Below, piece after piece: positions 37,899 to 50,700 of a stretch of DNA of 64,000 nucleotides. The DNA comes from Mobula hypostoma. Lineage: Eukaryota. The notes under the pieces were generated by a model, which did not search any database, had not been told where the DNA came from, and saw nothing but the letters and a program-made list of their open reading frames with translations. The translations under genes were made by a program, and so were the position numbers. The stretch is taken from the NCBI RefSeq assembly GCF_963921235.1, contig NC_086097.1, positions 217,312,001 to 217,376,000 of the forward strand, in the 5' to 3' direction. How positions within the stretch are numbered: position 1 is the first letter of the stretch; every line of letters starts with the position of its first letter.

Positions 37899-38457
37899 CA
37901 CTCAGTGGCCACTTTATCTCTTGTACCTAATAAAGTGGCCACTGAGCGTATGTTTGTGGTCTTCTGTACCGCAGCCCATCCACATCAAGGTTTGACGTGT
38001 TGTGCATTCAAAAATGCTCTTCTGCTCACTGTTATAACACATGGTTATTTGAGCTACTGTCACCCTGAACCAATCTGGCCATTCTCCTTTGACCTCTATC
38101 ATTAACAAAGCATTTTTGCCCACAGAACAAACATCAAAAACATTTGATGTTTTTTGTTTATTGCACCATTCTCTGTAACCTATGGAGCTCATTATGTGTG
38201 AAAATCCCAGAAAATCAGCAGTTTCTAAGATACTCAAACCATCCCATCTGGCACCAAGAATCATTCCACAGCCAAAGTGACTTTTCTTGATAAAGATTAC
38301 ATTTCTTCCCCATTCTGATGTTTGGTCTGAACAACTGAACCTCTTGACTATGTCTGCATGCTTTGATGCATTGAGTTGTTGCCAAATGATTGACTGATTA
38401 TATATTTGCATTAATGAGCAGGAGTTCAGGTGTACCGAATAAAGTGGCCGCTGAGTG
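37899..38457. mobile_element. Tc1-like non-autonomous transposon (MITE)
   Basis: TIRs CACTCAGTGGCCACTTTAT / ATAAAGTGGCCGCTGAGTG, TA on both flanks; splits an old CR1 fragment. Confidence 0.88.
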
Positions 38458-39632
38458 TATATTCAAGGCTGTAAAAGACAGATCAGTAATTTTTGAATCA
38501 TAAAGGAATCAATAATTATGGGAATTAGGCAGAAAGATGGAATTAAAAGCAATGGCTCAATCAGAGGTGATCTTATTAAAAGGCAAAGCATGGCATATGA
38601 GTGCTGCTATTTCTTGGATCATTAAGTATGTTTAATCTTTATAAGCCATACCTACTGTATCTCATTCTTGAACTCCTGCCCTCACAACTCGGACCCCATT
38701 TTATTTTAAATGAATCTAAACATCATTGGTGTACTCGTAAGTACATGTGGGAAGTTGGTTATACATAACTGGCTAATGGTTTTATAGATCTTAGAAATAG
38801 TCTTAGCAGTTTTAAAGTAGACTCGTCAACTTTTCACATTTTTCCTAAACTACAAAAGTGTTAAACAAGTCCTCTTTATCCACCTTGAGATCGAGGCATG
38901 GACTCCTGCAAATAACAAAAAACAAGTCCCTCTCCCTTGTACCAAGTCTACTCCCCAAATAAAGATAAAAATGCTCAATGTTCTAAAAGTATTAACACTT
39001 ATCAATAAACACATTAAAACATAGACATAAAAGCACACAAGCTAACAAATCACTTTCATTGAAGAGACTGAAATGTACAAGTTGTGATAGGTTTTGAGAT
39101 TATAAGGTGCAGCTGTATAAACACAAACTGCTTTCCTTAGGTACAGTGCACATTAGGCAGCCACTTGACATGTACTCTGGAAATTCATCACCATATTTGT
39201 ACAGAATGATAGGTCACTCATCATGTACATACACAAGCAGTAAAACTCAGGTAATCTGCTATTCCATTGTTCAGAGGTCCTGATACTCAATGATGCTTCT
39301 TCCCATGCTCATTTTAAACATACCTGGCCCGTTTCCAACACTTGCCGGTTCATTAAAAAAAATATTATACTGCTATGTGATATCTAACAGAAGTTAATTA
39401 ATAATGTGTTGGGCTATTGTTAGCGATAATTGTCACATTGGCAGATTTTCAGAACTTTAGAATAAGTTCAGGGATTCTAGATCATAAATATTTACTGTAA
39501 ACACGTTTCAAAAAGGAAATGGTGGGCATGGGGCCAACCACTCAAATATGAGGAATCACAGGTAGCAAATCAACAGATAATGAAGACTGAATTAATATAA
39601 AACACATATTTCAAAGGTTCTGCAAGTTCTAC

Positions 39633-40007
39633 CTGGGAAGGTGAAAATGGCAGTACTTTAACTGGAGTACTTTTTGGACTTGTAGTGCTGTTATCCATGA
39701 AAGAAAGACTGTTGCAGTCACTGGATGGAGATGGACCAAGACGCAATCTTCTTTTCCTTCTTAAAATGGTTGGCGGTGTGCTGAACTTAGCAACAACAGG
39801 AGATGTTATAGGAATGAGCTCACCATGCCCACTGCTATTACTGCAGGTAGTTCTGCTCAGATCTGAAATGGCATGGCCATCAAAGCGATAACCTATTCCA
39901 CCTTTGTGCTGCAAACGTTCAAATTTAACAGGAGTCTGTTTAGGAGGTGTTTTTTCGTCAACTTCAGAAAGGTCGAAGTTAGTTAGTTCATTCCAAACTA
40001 CAGAATC
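39633..40007 (-). CDS. MYBL1: MYBL1 coding exon 10
   Basis: DSVVWNELTNFDLSE...FSTPPTILRRKRR...PKSTPVKVLPFSPSQ; AG/GT; 375 bp. Confidence 0.95.
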
Positions 40008-40444
40008 CTAGAAAACAAATGAAATTAATTTAAACTCAAACCACAAAACCTAAAAGCAGAGTGCACAATTTTAAGTTACATTTGGAGCCAATATTGAGAT
40101 CATAAAAAAAACTTAAATGAAATGAATCTTGAATCTTGCATTCTAAAAATCTACTTCAGATGAGAAATGAAAACAAAAAGGCTGTTGCAGTTTGAATACA
40201 ACTAGATGGATGAGTGTACAAAACTTGTATGTGCCTGTCATCATATTCTATTGTTATGGTTCCAGTGGTTTTGTTCTACATGTTGAAGAGATAAAACCTA
40301 TCTCCTCTGATAAAACCAGAAAGCCTAAATTCAAAGCTAGGAAGGTAATATTCATACAATAACACAATAAAGGAAATGCAAGTAGAAAGCACTAGTTCTT
40401 TTAAGAATAATGTATCTGCAGTTAAAATATTTCTGTATGCTCAG

Positions 40445-40700
40445 TTTCCTTCCCTTTCTCCTATGGTCCACCCTCCTCTCCCATCAGACTCCTCTTTTGC
40501 CAACCCCTGACCTTTCACACCCATCTGGCTTCATCTTTCTCTTTCCAGCTAGCCTCCTTCCCCTCCCCAACCTTTTTATTCTGGCATCTTCCCCTTTCTC
40601 CTCAGTCTTGAAGAAGGATCTCAGCCCGAAATGTTGACTATCTATTCATTTCCATAGATGCCTCCAGACCTGCAGAATTCCTCCAGAATTTTTTGTGTTA
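40445..40700 (+). mobile_element. PLE terminal-repeat fragment
   Basis: Pyrimidine-rich body, then CAGTCTTGAAGAAGGATCTCAGCCCGAAATGTTGACT. Confidence 0.7.
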
Positions 40701-40979
40701 CTTATCCCTGTTTCACAATACTCATCAATACCCTGCCTATTCCTCAGTCCATCTCCCTAACTGGTTAAAACTGTTTGTAATTCGTTGTAACCTGCTTCAC
40801 TATCAACAAGATCTAAACAAAACATGCTAATCATGCCATATATTTTCATATCCAAATCATTTACATAAATAATGAATGAGGTTCAACCCTGGGGCACACC
40901 ATTAGTCACAGGTATCCAGTCGAAGTATCCATCACCCTTTATTTCCTATCGTCAAGGTAATTTTTATTCCATTTCATTA

Positions 40980-43900
40980 GGGTTTAAACTAGAGTTGCAG
41001 GGGATAGGAATCACACTGCCAGAACAGATAATGGAGAGGTTGTGGAGACAGATGTTAAAACTTCAAAGTCAGGAATCAAAAGGTTGAACATGGTGCAACT
41101 AATGGTCTGAACTGTGCATATTTCACTGTAGAAGTAGGAAAGGCAGATGAGTTCAGGGCATGGATCAACACATAGAATTATATACTGTAGCCTTTAGTGA
41201 GACTTGGTTGCAGGAGGGGCAGGACTGGCAGCTCAGTATTCTGGGGTTCCATTGTTTTGGACGTGACAGGTCAAGAAGGATTTGTTGGAGTGGGGGGAGG
41301 GCGGATTGGCGTCACTAGTCAGGGAAAATGTCACAGTAGTATTCAGTCTGGAGAATTTGTCTAGCGAGGTTTTATGGATGGAACTGAGGAATAAGAAAGG
41401 TATGACCACGTTAATGGGGCTATTTTAAAGACCACCCAACGGTCCATGGGCTTTACAGCAACAAATTTGTAGAGAAAAATATTACAAGAAAGACAAGATT
41501 GTTATAGAAGGTGATTTTAACTTTCCACATATTGACTGGGTCTCCCATACTATAAAAGAACTAGATGGGATAGAGTTTGCCAAATGTGTTCAGGAAAGTT
41601 TCCTTAATCAGTACATAGAAATTCCAACAAGAGAGTGCATAATACTTGATCTGCTATTAAAGAATGAGACAGGGCAGGTGACAGAAGTTTGTGTAGGGGA
41701 ACACTTTGCATCCAGTGATCATAATGCCAATAGCTTCCAAAGTAAATATGGAAAAAGATAGGTCTGGTCCTCGGATGAGATTCTAAATTGGAGAAATGCC
41801 GGTTTTGATGGTATCAGGAAGGATCTGGCAAATATGGATTGGAACAGGCTATTTTTTTTTTTTGCAAATGTGTATTTGGTAAAAGAGAGGCCTTCAAAAG
41901 TGAAATTCTAAGAGTACAAAGCTTGTATGTGCCTGTCAAAATAAAAGACAAGGAAAATAGGTTTAGGGAACCTTGGTTTTCAACAGATATTAAGGCCCTG
42001 GTTAAGAAAACAAAAAGGTGCATAACAGCTGTAGGCAGGAACAAAAGAGAATCACAAACAAGATTACGTCCGCCATCTCCAATGGGATCCCACCACCAAA
42101 CATCTTTCTCACCCCTCCACTTTCTGCAGGGATCGATCCCTACGCGACTCCCTTGTCAATTCGTCCTTCCCCACTGACCTCCCTCCTGCCATTTATCCTT
42201 GCAAGCTACACCTGCCCCTACTCCTCCTCCCTCACTACCATTCAGGGCCATAAACGGTACTTCCAGGTGAGGCGGCACTTAGCTGAGTCTGTTGGGGTCA
42301 TATTGTATCTGGTGCTCCTGGTATGGCCTCCTGTATATCAGTGAACCTGACATAGATTGGGAGACCACTTTGCCGAGCACCTACACTCATTCCGCCAGAA
42401 AAAGTGGGAACTCCCAGTGGCCACTCATTTTAATTCCACTTCTCGTTCCCATTCCAATACGTCTATCCATGGCTTCCTCCACTGTCATGATGAGGCCACA
42501 CTTAGGTTGGAGAAACAACACCTTATATTCCGTTTCGGTAGCATCCAACCTGATGGCGTGAACACTGATGTCTCAAACTTCCAGTAATGCCTCCCACACC
42601 TCACTCTCCTCCACCATTTCCCATCCCCTTTTCCCTCTCTCACCTCATCGACTCCCTCTGGTGCTCCTCCCTTTTCTTTCTTCAACAGCCTTCTGTCTCT
42701 TTCACCTATCAAATTCCAGGTTCTTTACTTCAACCCTCCCCCTTCAGGTTTCACTTATCATCTTGTGTTTCTCTCTCCCCTCCCCCCCACCTTTTAAATC
42801 TACTCCTCCGCACTTTTTCTTGGCCAGAAACATCGACGGTACTCTTTTCCAGAGAAGCTGCTGAAGCTGAGAACACTTAAGAAAGAAATCAGGAGGGCTA
42901 AAATAAGGCACAAGGTTGCTCTGGCAGGTAAAGTGAAGGAGAACCCCAAGGGATTCTACAGCTATGTTAAAGTCAAAAGGATTGCAGGGAATAAATTGAT
43001 CCTCTGGAAGATCAGAATGGTACTCTATACATGGAGCCAAAAGAGATGGGTGAGATCTTAAATGGATTTTTTGCATCTGTATTTACTCGGGAGAAGGACA
43101 TAGATTCTATAGAAGTGAGGCAAAGCAGCATCAACTTTATGGACTCTAAACAGAGGAGATGGCGTTTGCTGTGCTGGTGTGGATAAATTTTCTGGGCCTG
43201 ATAAGGTGTTCCCTCAGACCCTATGGAGGGCAAGTGCAGAAATTGCAGGGGCCCTAGCAGAGATATTTAAATTATTCTTAGTAACAGGTGAGGTACCAGA
43301 CAACTGGAGGATAGCTGATGGTGTTCTGCTGTTTAAGAAAACTCTAAGAATAAATAAGGAAATTATAGGCTGGTGAGCCTGACATCAGTAGGGAGAAAGT
43401 TATTGGAAGATATTCCAAGGGACCAGATATATGAGTATTTGGATTGACAAGGACTGATTAGGGATAGTCAGCATGGCTTTGTGCGTGGTAGATTGACGCT
43501 AACCAATCTTATAAAGTTTTTCAAGGAAGTTACCAGGAAAGTTGATGAATGCAAGGCAGTGAATATTGTCTACATGCACTTGAGCAAGACACCTGACAAG
43601 GCCCTGCATGGGAGGTTGGTCAAAAAGGTTCAGTCGCTCGTCATTCAAGATCAGGTAGTATTTGTTTGTTGAGGCCATGATTATAGTCATCATCACACTT
43701 CCGTTCTTCACTCAAAGGTAGTTGCTACTGCCTTAATAATACCTCTTTGGCTATACTTGCTGCTCCTTCTAGTTGTCATGCACAGCAGTTAATAAATGTT
43801 GAATGAAGAAAACCCTTGCCCAGGTGATAGTTAAAAACATTCTCCCTATTTGCAGGAGATTGGGCACAGCAAATAGCAAAATTAGGTGTACAAGATAATG

Positions 43901-44645
43901 AGAGGCATTGATTGTGTGGATAGTCAAGAGGCTTTTTCCCAGGGCTGAAATGGCTAACACGAGACGGCACAGGTTTACGGTGCTTGGAAGTAGGTACAGA
44001 GGAGATGTCAGGGGCAAGTTTTTTTTTATATAATCGCAGAGGGTGGTGAGGGCGTGGAATGTGATGCTGAGGATTTATAAGGCACTGATGAGGCCTCCCT
44101 TTAAATATTGTGAACAGTTTTGGGCTCCTCATCTAAGAAAAGATGTACTGGCATTGGGGAGGGTTCAGAGGAGGTTGACAAGGATGATCCTGGAATTGAA
44201 AGGGTCACCATACAGGAATGTTTGATGGTCCTGGGTCTGTGGAATTTAGAAGTATGGGGGTGGGATCTCTTTGAAACCTTTTGAATGTTGAAAGGCCTAG
44301 ACAGTAGATGTGGAAAGGATGTTTCCCATAAAGGAGGCGTCTAGGATAAGAGGGCACAGCCTCAGGAAAGAGAGCCGAGAATTTAAAACAGAAGTGGAGA
44401 AATTTCTTTAGCCAGAGGGTGGTGAATTTGTGAAATTTATTACTATAGGCAGCTGTGGAGGCCAGGTCATTGGGTATATTTAAGGCAGAGCTTGACAGGT
44501 TCTTGATGGGACATGGCATCAAAGGATATGGGGAGAAGCCGGGGAATAAGGCTGAGGAGGGAAAAAAAGGATCAGCCATGATTGAATGAAGGAGTCGATT
44601 CAATGGGCCAAATGGCCTAATTCTGCTCCCATGTCTTTGGTCTCA
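40980..44645 (+). mobile_element. Degenerate CR1 LINE(s): APE endonuclease and RT, a PLE insert and a second CR1 3' end
   Basis: Endonuclease motifs (SETW, GDFNFP), QHGFVRG, SGPDKVFP; second 3' end at 44055-44645. Confidence 0.85.
42070..42865 (+). mobile_element. PLE 3' part inserted in CR1
   Basis: GDHFAEHLHSFRQK..LPVATHFNS...EKQHLIFRFGSIQPDG. Confidence 0.85.
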
Positions 44646-44734
44646 TACATGTACTTTGATAATAAATTTGCTTTGCACTTTGAACTGGGTTTAGGGCACC
44701 ATTTTTAATTTAACCCAATTATTGCCTCATTGAG

Positions 44735-45045
44735 TCACAGAGACCCACAGCATAAAAACAAGCTTTCCAGCCCACTGAGTTGATATTGACCAACAGCCAT
44801 TCATTTACACTAATTCTACACGAATCCCCTGCCTTTTATTCTCCTTATATTCGTATCAACTCCTCCAGAGTCTTCATTCCCAAGGAGCAATTTAAAGTGG
44901 GCAGTTAAACCACCAGCCTGCATCCCTTTGAGATGAGGGAAAAAATATCAAAAAACCCATTGGAAAACCACATGGTCTCAGGGAGAATATACTAACTCCA
45001 TACGGATCGCTCTCAATGTCAAGACTAAAACCACATCTCTGGTGT
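44735..45045 (-). mobile_element. Degenerate V-SINE-like SINE
   Basis: Similar to 34205-34495 (GGAAAACCACATGGTCTCAGGGAGAA...). Confidence 0.5.
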
Positions 45046-45197
45046 TAAGGGCATATTATGGAAATTAGGTTTCAAAATTCAAGGGTAATAAAAGCAAAAA
45101 AAAAAACCTACCTCAAAACAAAAAAAAACATTTTAAATTAAATTTTTGCTACAGTACATACAAATAATACACGTGCTATTTTTAAGCACACAACATA

Positions 45198-45679
45198 CAC
45201 AATGGCCACTTTATTAGATGCAGGAATGGAAGACTGTGTGGTTTTCCACTGCTGTAGCCCATCCACTTCAACATGTGGTCACTTGAGTTACTGTCACCTT
45301 TCTGTCAGCATGAACCAGTCTGGCCATGCTCTCCTAATCTCTATCATTAACAAGACATTTTTGCTCACAGAACTGTCCTTCACTTGATTTTTTTTTTGTT
45401 TTTCACACTATTCTCTGTAAATTCTAGAGATTGCTGTGAGTGAAAATCCCAGGAGATCAGCAGTTTTGAGATACTCAAGCCATCCACCTAGCACCAACAA
45501 TCATTTCATGGTCAAAGTCACTTATATCACATTTCTTCTCCATTTTAACATTTGGTCTGAATAACAACTGAACCCTTTGTCTATGTCTGCGTGCTTTTAC
45601 GCACTCAGTTGCTGCAAAATGATTGGTTGATTAGATATTTGGATTAATGAGGTGTACCTAATAAAGTGGCCACTGACTG
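45198..45679. mobile_element. Tc1-like MITE, second copy
   Basis: Ends TGGCCACTTTATTAG / CTAATAAAGTGGCCACTGACTG-TA; body homologous to 37899-38457. Confidence 0.85.
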
Positions 45680-45788
45680 TATAAAACATCATTAATCTGC
45701 ATACTATTGCCGAGTGCTATATTCAGTTACACGTTAACCAACTAGGTATTAGATTACCACACTTAATGATAGCAAATGAGAAACTTAC

Positions 45789-46031
45789 AGTTTCAATGAG
45801 CTCAAATGTCTTACTAAAATCAGGAATCGACTGCAATGTGCCAAGGACTGAACTCTCCTCCTGTGAAAGGAAACAGTTGAGACAAGTCTGGTGTACTGGT
45901 GTGCTTGCTCCCTGAAGAGACTCCTTCGTACAAATTTCACTTGCCTTATCTTCCAAGCTACTCAAGGTACTGGATAAACTTTCATCACCAAAAAGACTTC
46001 TTGACCAGATGAAGTCAGCAGTGTCTTGAGA
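45789..46031 (-). CDS. MYBL1: MYBL1 coding exon 9
   Basis: SQDTADFIWSRSLF...LGTLQSIPDFSKTFELIET (FAETL-like motif); tttttag acceptor, GTAAGT donor; 243 bp. Confidence 0.92.
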
Positions 46032-46419
46032 CTAAAAACAGTGTACAAAAAAAGAGACTTAATCCAAAATAAATATGACGGCAATAAAAGTTATAATTTT
46101 TTTCTAGTGTTGGTTGAAGAAATGATCCAATGCATTCTATTACAAAGAAATTTAAAAGACTAGGTATCAAAGTCCACAATTGATTAAAAAGTATTGAACA
46201 ATACAAATCCTAAATTTATATTTAAAGTCTAGATCCTTTAGACTTTCTATAAATCCTAGATTTACACCTAGATTTATATTTAAAATCTATAATTTTTTGG
46301 TTCTAATATTCAGTGACACTGCAAATAAATTTCCTGCAAATGAGGCTGAATGCCACAGTTGAAACCAAATGTTTTAATTTCTGAACAATTGTTGTCATAA
46401 ACTATTTTCATTAAACAGT

Positions 46420-47600
46420 AAACACCAGGAAATCTGCAGATGCTGGAATTTCAAGCAACCCACAAAAAAGTTGCTGGTGAATGCAGCAGGCCAGGCAGCA
46501 TCTCTGGGAAGAGGTACAGTCAACGTTTTGGGCTGAGACCCTAACTGAAAGAAGAGATAGTAAGAGATTTGAAAGTGGGAGGGGGAGGGGAGATCCAAAA
46601 TGATAGAAGGCAGGAGGGGGAGGGATGGAGCCAAGAGCTGGACAGTTGATTGGCAAAAGAGATATGAGAGGATCATGGGACAGGAGGCCCAGAGAGAAGG
46701 AAAAGGGGGAGGTGGGGAAGGGGGAACCCAGAAGATGGGCAAGGGGTATAGTGAGAGGGACAGAGGGAGAAAAAGAATGTGTATATAAATAAATAACGGA
46801 TGGGGTACGAGGGGGAGGTGAGGCATAGGCGGAAGTTTGAGAAGTCAATGTTCGTTAGTGGAAGTTTGAGTCCTTCCAGGTGAGGCGACACTTCACCTGT
46901 GAGTCATCTGAGGTGGTATACTGCGTCCGGTGCTCCCAATGTAGCCTTCTATATATTGGCGAGACCTGACGCAGACTGGGAGATCGTTTCGCTGAATACC
47001 TACGCTCTGTCCGCCAGAGAAAGCAGGATCTCCCAGTGGCCACACATTGTAATTCCACGCCCCAGTCCCATTCTGATGTGTCTATCCACGGCCTCCTCTA
47101 CTGTAAAGATGAAGCCACACTCAGGTTGGAGGAACAACACCTTATATTCTGTCTGGGTAGCCTCCAACCTGATGGCATGAACATTGACTTCTCTAATTCC
47201 TGCTAATGCCCCACCTCCCCCTTGTACCCCATCCATTATTTATCTATATACACACACATTCTTTTTCTCTCTCTCCTTTTTCTCCTTCTGTCCCTCTCAC
47301 TATACGCCTTGCCCATCCTCTGGGTTCCCCTCCTCCCCTTTTCTTTCCCCCTAGGCCTCCTGTCCCATGATCCTCTCATACCCCTTTTGCCAATCAACTG
47401 TCCAGCTCTTGGCTCCATCCCCCCACTTCCTGTCTTCTACTATCATTTCAGATCACCCCTCCCCCTCCCACTTTCAAATCTCTTACTAGCTCTTCTTTCA
47501 GTTAGTCTTGACGAAGGGTCTCGGCACGAAACGTCGACTGTACCTCTTCCTAGAGATGCTGCTTGGCCTGCTGCGTTCACCAGCAACTTTCTTGTGTGTT
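46420..47600. mobile_element. PLE with an inverted terminal repeat (minus copy 46420-46853, plus copy 46865-47600)
   Basis: GIY-YIG relic on plus strand at 46870-47205; the two terminal repeats are reverse complements over about 420 bp. Confidence 0.9.
47504..47539 (+). ncRNA. Minimal hammerhead ribozyme motif (C3U variant)
   Basis: AGTC-TTGACGA-AGGGTCTCGGCAC-GAAAC-GTC-GACT. Confidence 0.6.
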
Positions 47601-47789
47601 CATTAAACAGTATTGCCTGTCTAACTCAATAGAGCAATTAATAACTTAAATACTCAATATTTATAACTTAAGTTTCATTACTGAAAAAATTGAGGCTTTT
47701 ATACTTTTGAATGCTACTGTTATGGCCATTCTACAACATGTACAGCTCCAAGAACTTGTAATTTAAGTTAACAGTATACAAAGGCAGGT

Positions 47790-50700
47790 AGGAAATTTAG
47801 TGGTAGGAGTGGCAGGTTGGAAAGAAAGTTGTGAAGAGGCCATAAAGCAAGAAAGAGATAAGATTAAGTGAATGGACAAAGAAATGACCAAGGGAATATA
47901 TTTGGTAAAAATGTGAAATTAACAATTTGGCAGTAAAATAATAAAGATTATCTAAGTGGTGAGAGACTGCACAGTCCCAGGATGCAACAAGGATCCAAGT
48001 GCTTTGTGGCATGATGTGCAAAAGGTAAAAAGTATGCTGACACAGGAAGTAGGAAAACTAACATAAATGTTATTATTAACCATAGAGGGAATGAGAAACT
48101 AAAGATGGAGAAAGCTATACTTGCTATATAAAGCATTTAAAGATCAGATATGCAGTACTGTGTACAGTATTGGCCAACTTAAGGCATTGAAAACAATTCA
48201 GAAGTGGGTAGACATGAGGAAAGGTTGAATCCACAGGAGTTCCAAAGAATATACAAGAAGGGATCATTGAGACAGAAAAGATCCTGTGGGCCATGAAAGG
48301 GAAAATGTGGAGTGGACAATCAATGTGGGGATGTAATGGACAGCAAGGAAGACGATGAAAGCTTGCAGCAGGGACAGGACCAGCCGGGAAAGTGGGCTGA
48401 AAAATGGCAGGATGGAATTTAAGTGTGAGGTGTTGCACTTTGGGAGGACAGTCCACGATAGGACTTACACAGTGAAGGGTAGTGCAGTAGAACAGAAGGA
48501 TCTGGGAATGCAGATCCATAGTTCCTTGAAAGTGATGTCACAGGTAGACAGGGTGGCAAACAGAACTTTTGGCACATTGGCTTTCATCGATCAAAGTACT
48601 GAGTACAGCAGTTGTGATGCTTGTTGAAGTTGTACAAGATGTTGGTGAGGCCTAATTTAGAATACTGTGTGCGGTTCTGGTCACCAACATACAGGAAAGG
48701 CAGGAATAACATTGAAAGAGGACAGACAAAATTTACAATGATGTTACCCGGAATGGGAGTTATAAGGAAAGGTTGAAAAAAGGGTTAGAACTTTATTCCC
48801 TGGAGCTTAGAGAATGAGAAGAGATTTGATAGAAATATACAAAATTATTAAAAGCATAGATAGAGTAAGCAGGCATTTTCCACTGACGTTGGCTGAGACT
48901 AGAACTAGCAGTCATGGGTTAAGTGTGAATGTTGAGGGGAACATGAGAGGGAACTTCTTCATTCAGAGGGTGATGAGAGTGTGGAACAAGCTGCCAGCAA
49001 AAGTGGTGGATGCGGGTTTGATTTCAACATTTAAGAGATAAGTACGTGAACAGGAGGTTACGAAGGGCTATGATCCAGGTGGAAAGGACTTGGCAAAATA
49101 ATAGTTCGGCACATAAAAGAGCCAAATGGTTTGTTGCTGTGCTGCAGTGCTCTATGACTAAGCAGGGATAATGGTTTAAAAAAAAAAAGGGTCACCCATT
49201 TAAGACAGAAATGAAGCAAAATTTCCCTCAGTCTTTGAAATTCTCTTTCACAAAGGCATATGGAACTAGGAAGATTATACAGTTTAATACTTGGCTAAGG
49301 AGTTGGTGTAGGAGGAAGGGCACAAGATTTCTGCATCATCGGGCTCTCTTCCAGGGAAGGTAAGACCTGTACAGAAGGGACGGTTTGCACCTGCACTGGG
49401 GAGGACTAATATTCTAACGGGAAGGTTTGCTAATGCTGCATGGTGGGGTTTAACTAAACTACAGTTGCAGGGGGTTGGGAGCCAGAATGCCAGAACAGTT
49501 AGTGGAGAGGTTGTGGAGGCAGATGTTGGTAAAACCTCAGACAAAGTTAGGAACCAAAAGGTTGAGCATGGTGTGACTAATGTCCTGAGCTGGGTATATT
49601 TCAATGCAAGAAATATTGTAGGAAAGACATAGGATAGTGCTGAAGATGAGGCAGCCGGTTTACAGAGGCAATGTGTAGTGAAAAGAGGCTGTTGATAGGG
49701 CAAAATTGCAGCAAACAGGATGAGTTGCAACATAAAAAGCAGACAAAATTAAAAAGGGCGAATACAGGACTGAAGGTATTATATTTGAATGTGCACTATA
49801 TGCTGAATAAGATAAATGAACTTGTAGCACAGTTGCAGATTGGCAGGTATGATGTTGTATGCATCACTGAATCATGGTTGAAATAAGATTATAGCTGGGA
49901 GCTCAATGTCCAAGGATTCACATTGTATCGAAAGGACAGGCAGGAAGGCAGAGGAGGCAGTGTTACTCTGTTGGTAAAAAATGAAATCAAATTATTAGAA
50001 AGAGGTGACATAGGGTTGGAAAGTGTTGAATCACTGTGGATAGAGGTAAGGAACTGCAAGGGTAAAGAGACGCTGATGCAAGTTGTACATGGACCCACAA
50101 ACAGAAGTAAGAATGTGATCTATAAATTACAATGAGAGAAAGAAAATGCATGCTAAAAGGGCAATGTTATATTAGTCATGGGGGATTTCAATATGCAGCT
50201 AAATTGGGAAAATGAAGTTGGTGCTGGGTTCCAGGATGAATTTCTAGACAGCCTTCCAGATGGCCTTTTAGATCAGCTTGTGCTTGAGCCGACTAGGAGA
50301 TCAGCTATTCTAGATTGGGTGTTGTTGTGCAGTGAACCAGAATTAATTAGAGAGCTTAAGGGAAAAGAACCCTTAGGGGAAAGTGATCATAATATGATCA
50401 AATTCACCTTGAAATTTGAGAAGGATAAGCTAAAGTCAGATATATCAGCATTACAGTGCAGTAAAGAGAATTATAGAGGCATGAGGGAGGAGCTGGCCAA
50501 AATTGAATAGAAAAGAACGCTGGCAGGGATGACAGCAGAGCAGCAATGGCTGGAATTTCTGGAAGCAATTTGGAAGACACAGGATTATATACATATCAAA
50601 GAGGAAGAAATACTCTAAAGGAAAGCTGACAGAACCGTGGCTAACAAGAGAAGTCAGAGCCAACATAAAAGACAAAGAGAGCATATAATAGAGCAAGAAT

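Noticed and set aside
37914..38411. 165-aa ORF as a gene
   Set aside because: Lies wholly within a decayed Tc1-like MITE and is not maintained in the 45198 copy
46205..46290. Imperfect AT-rich repeats (CCTAGATTTATATTTAAA)
   Set aside because: Low-complexity local duplication
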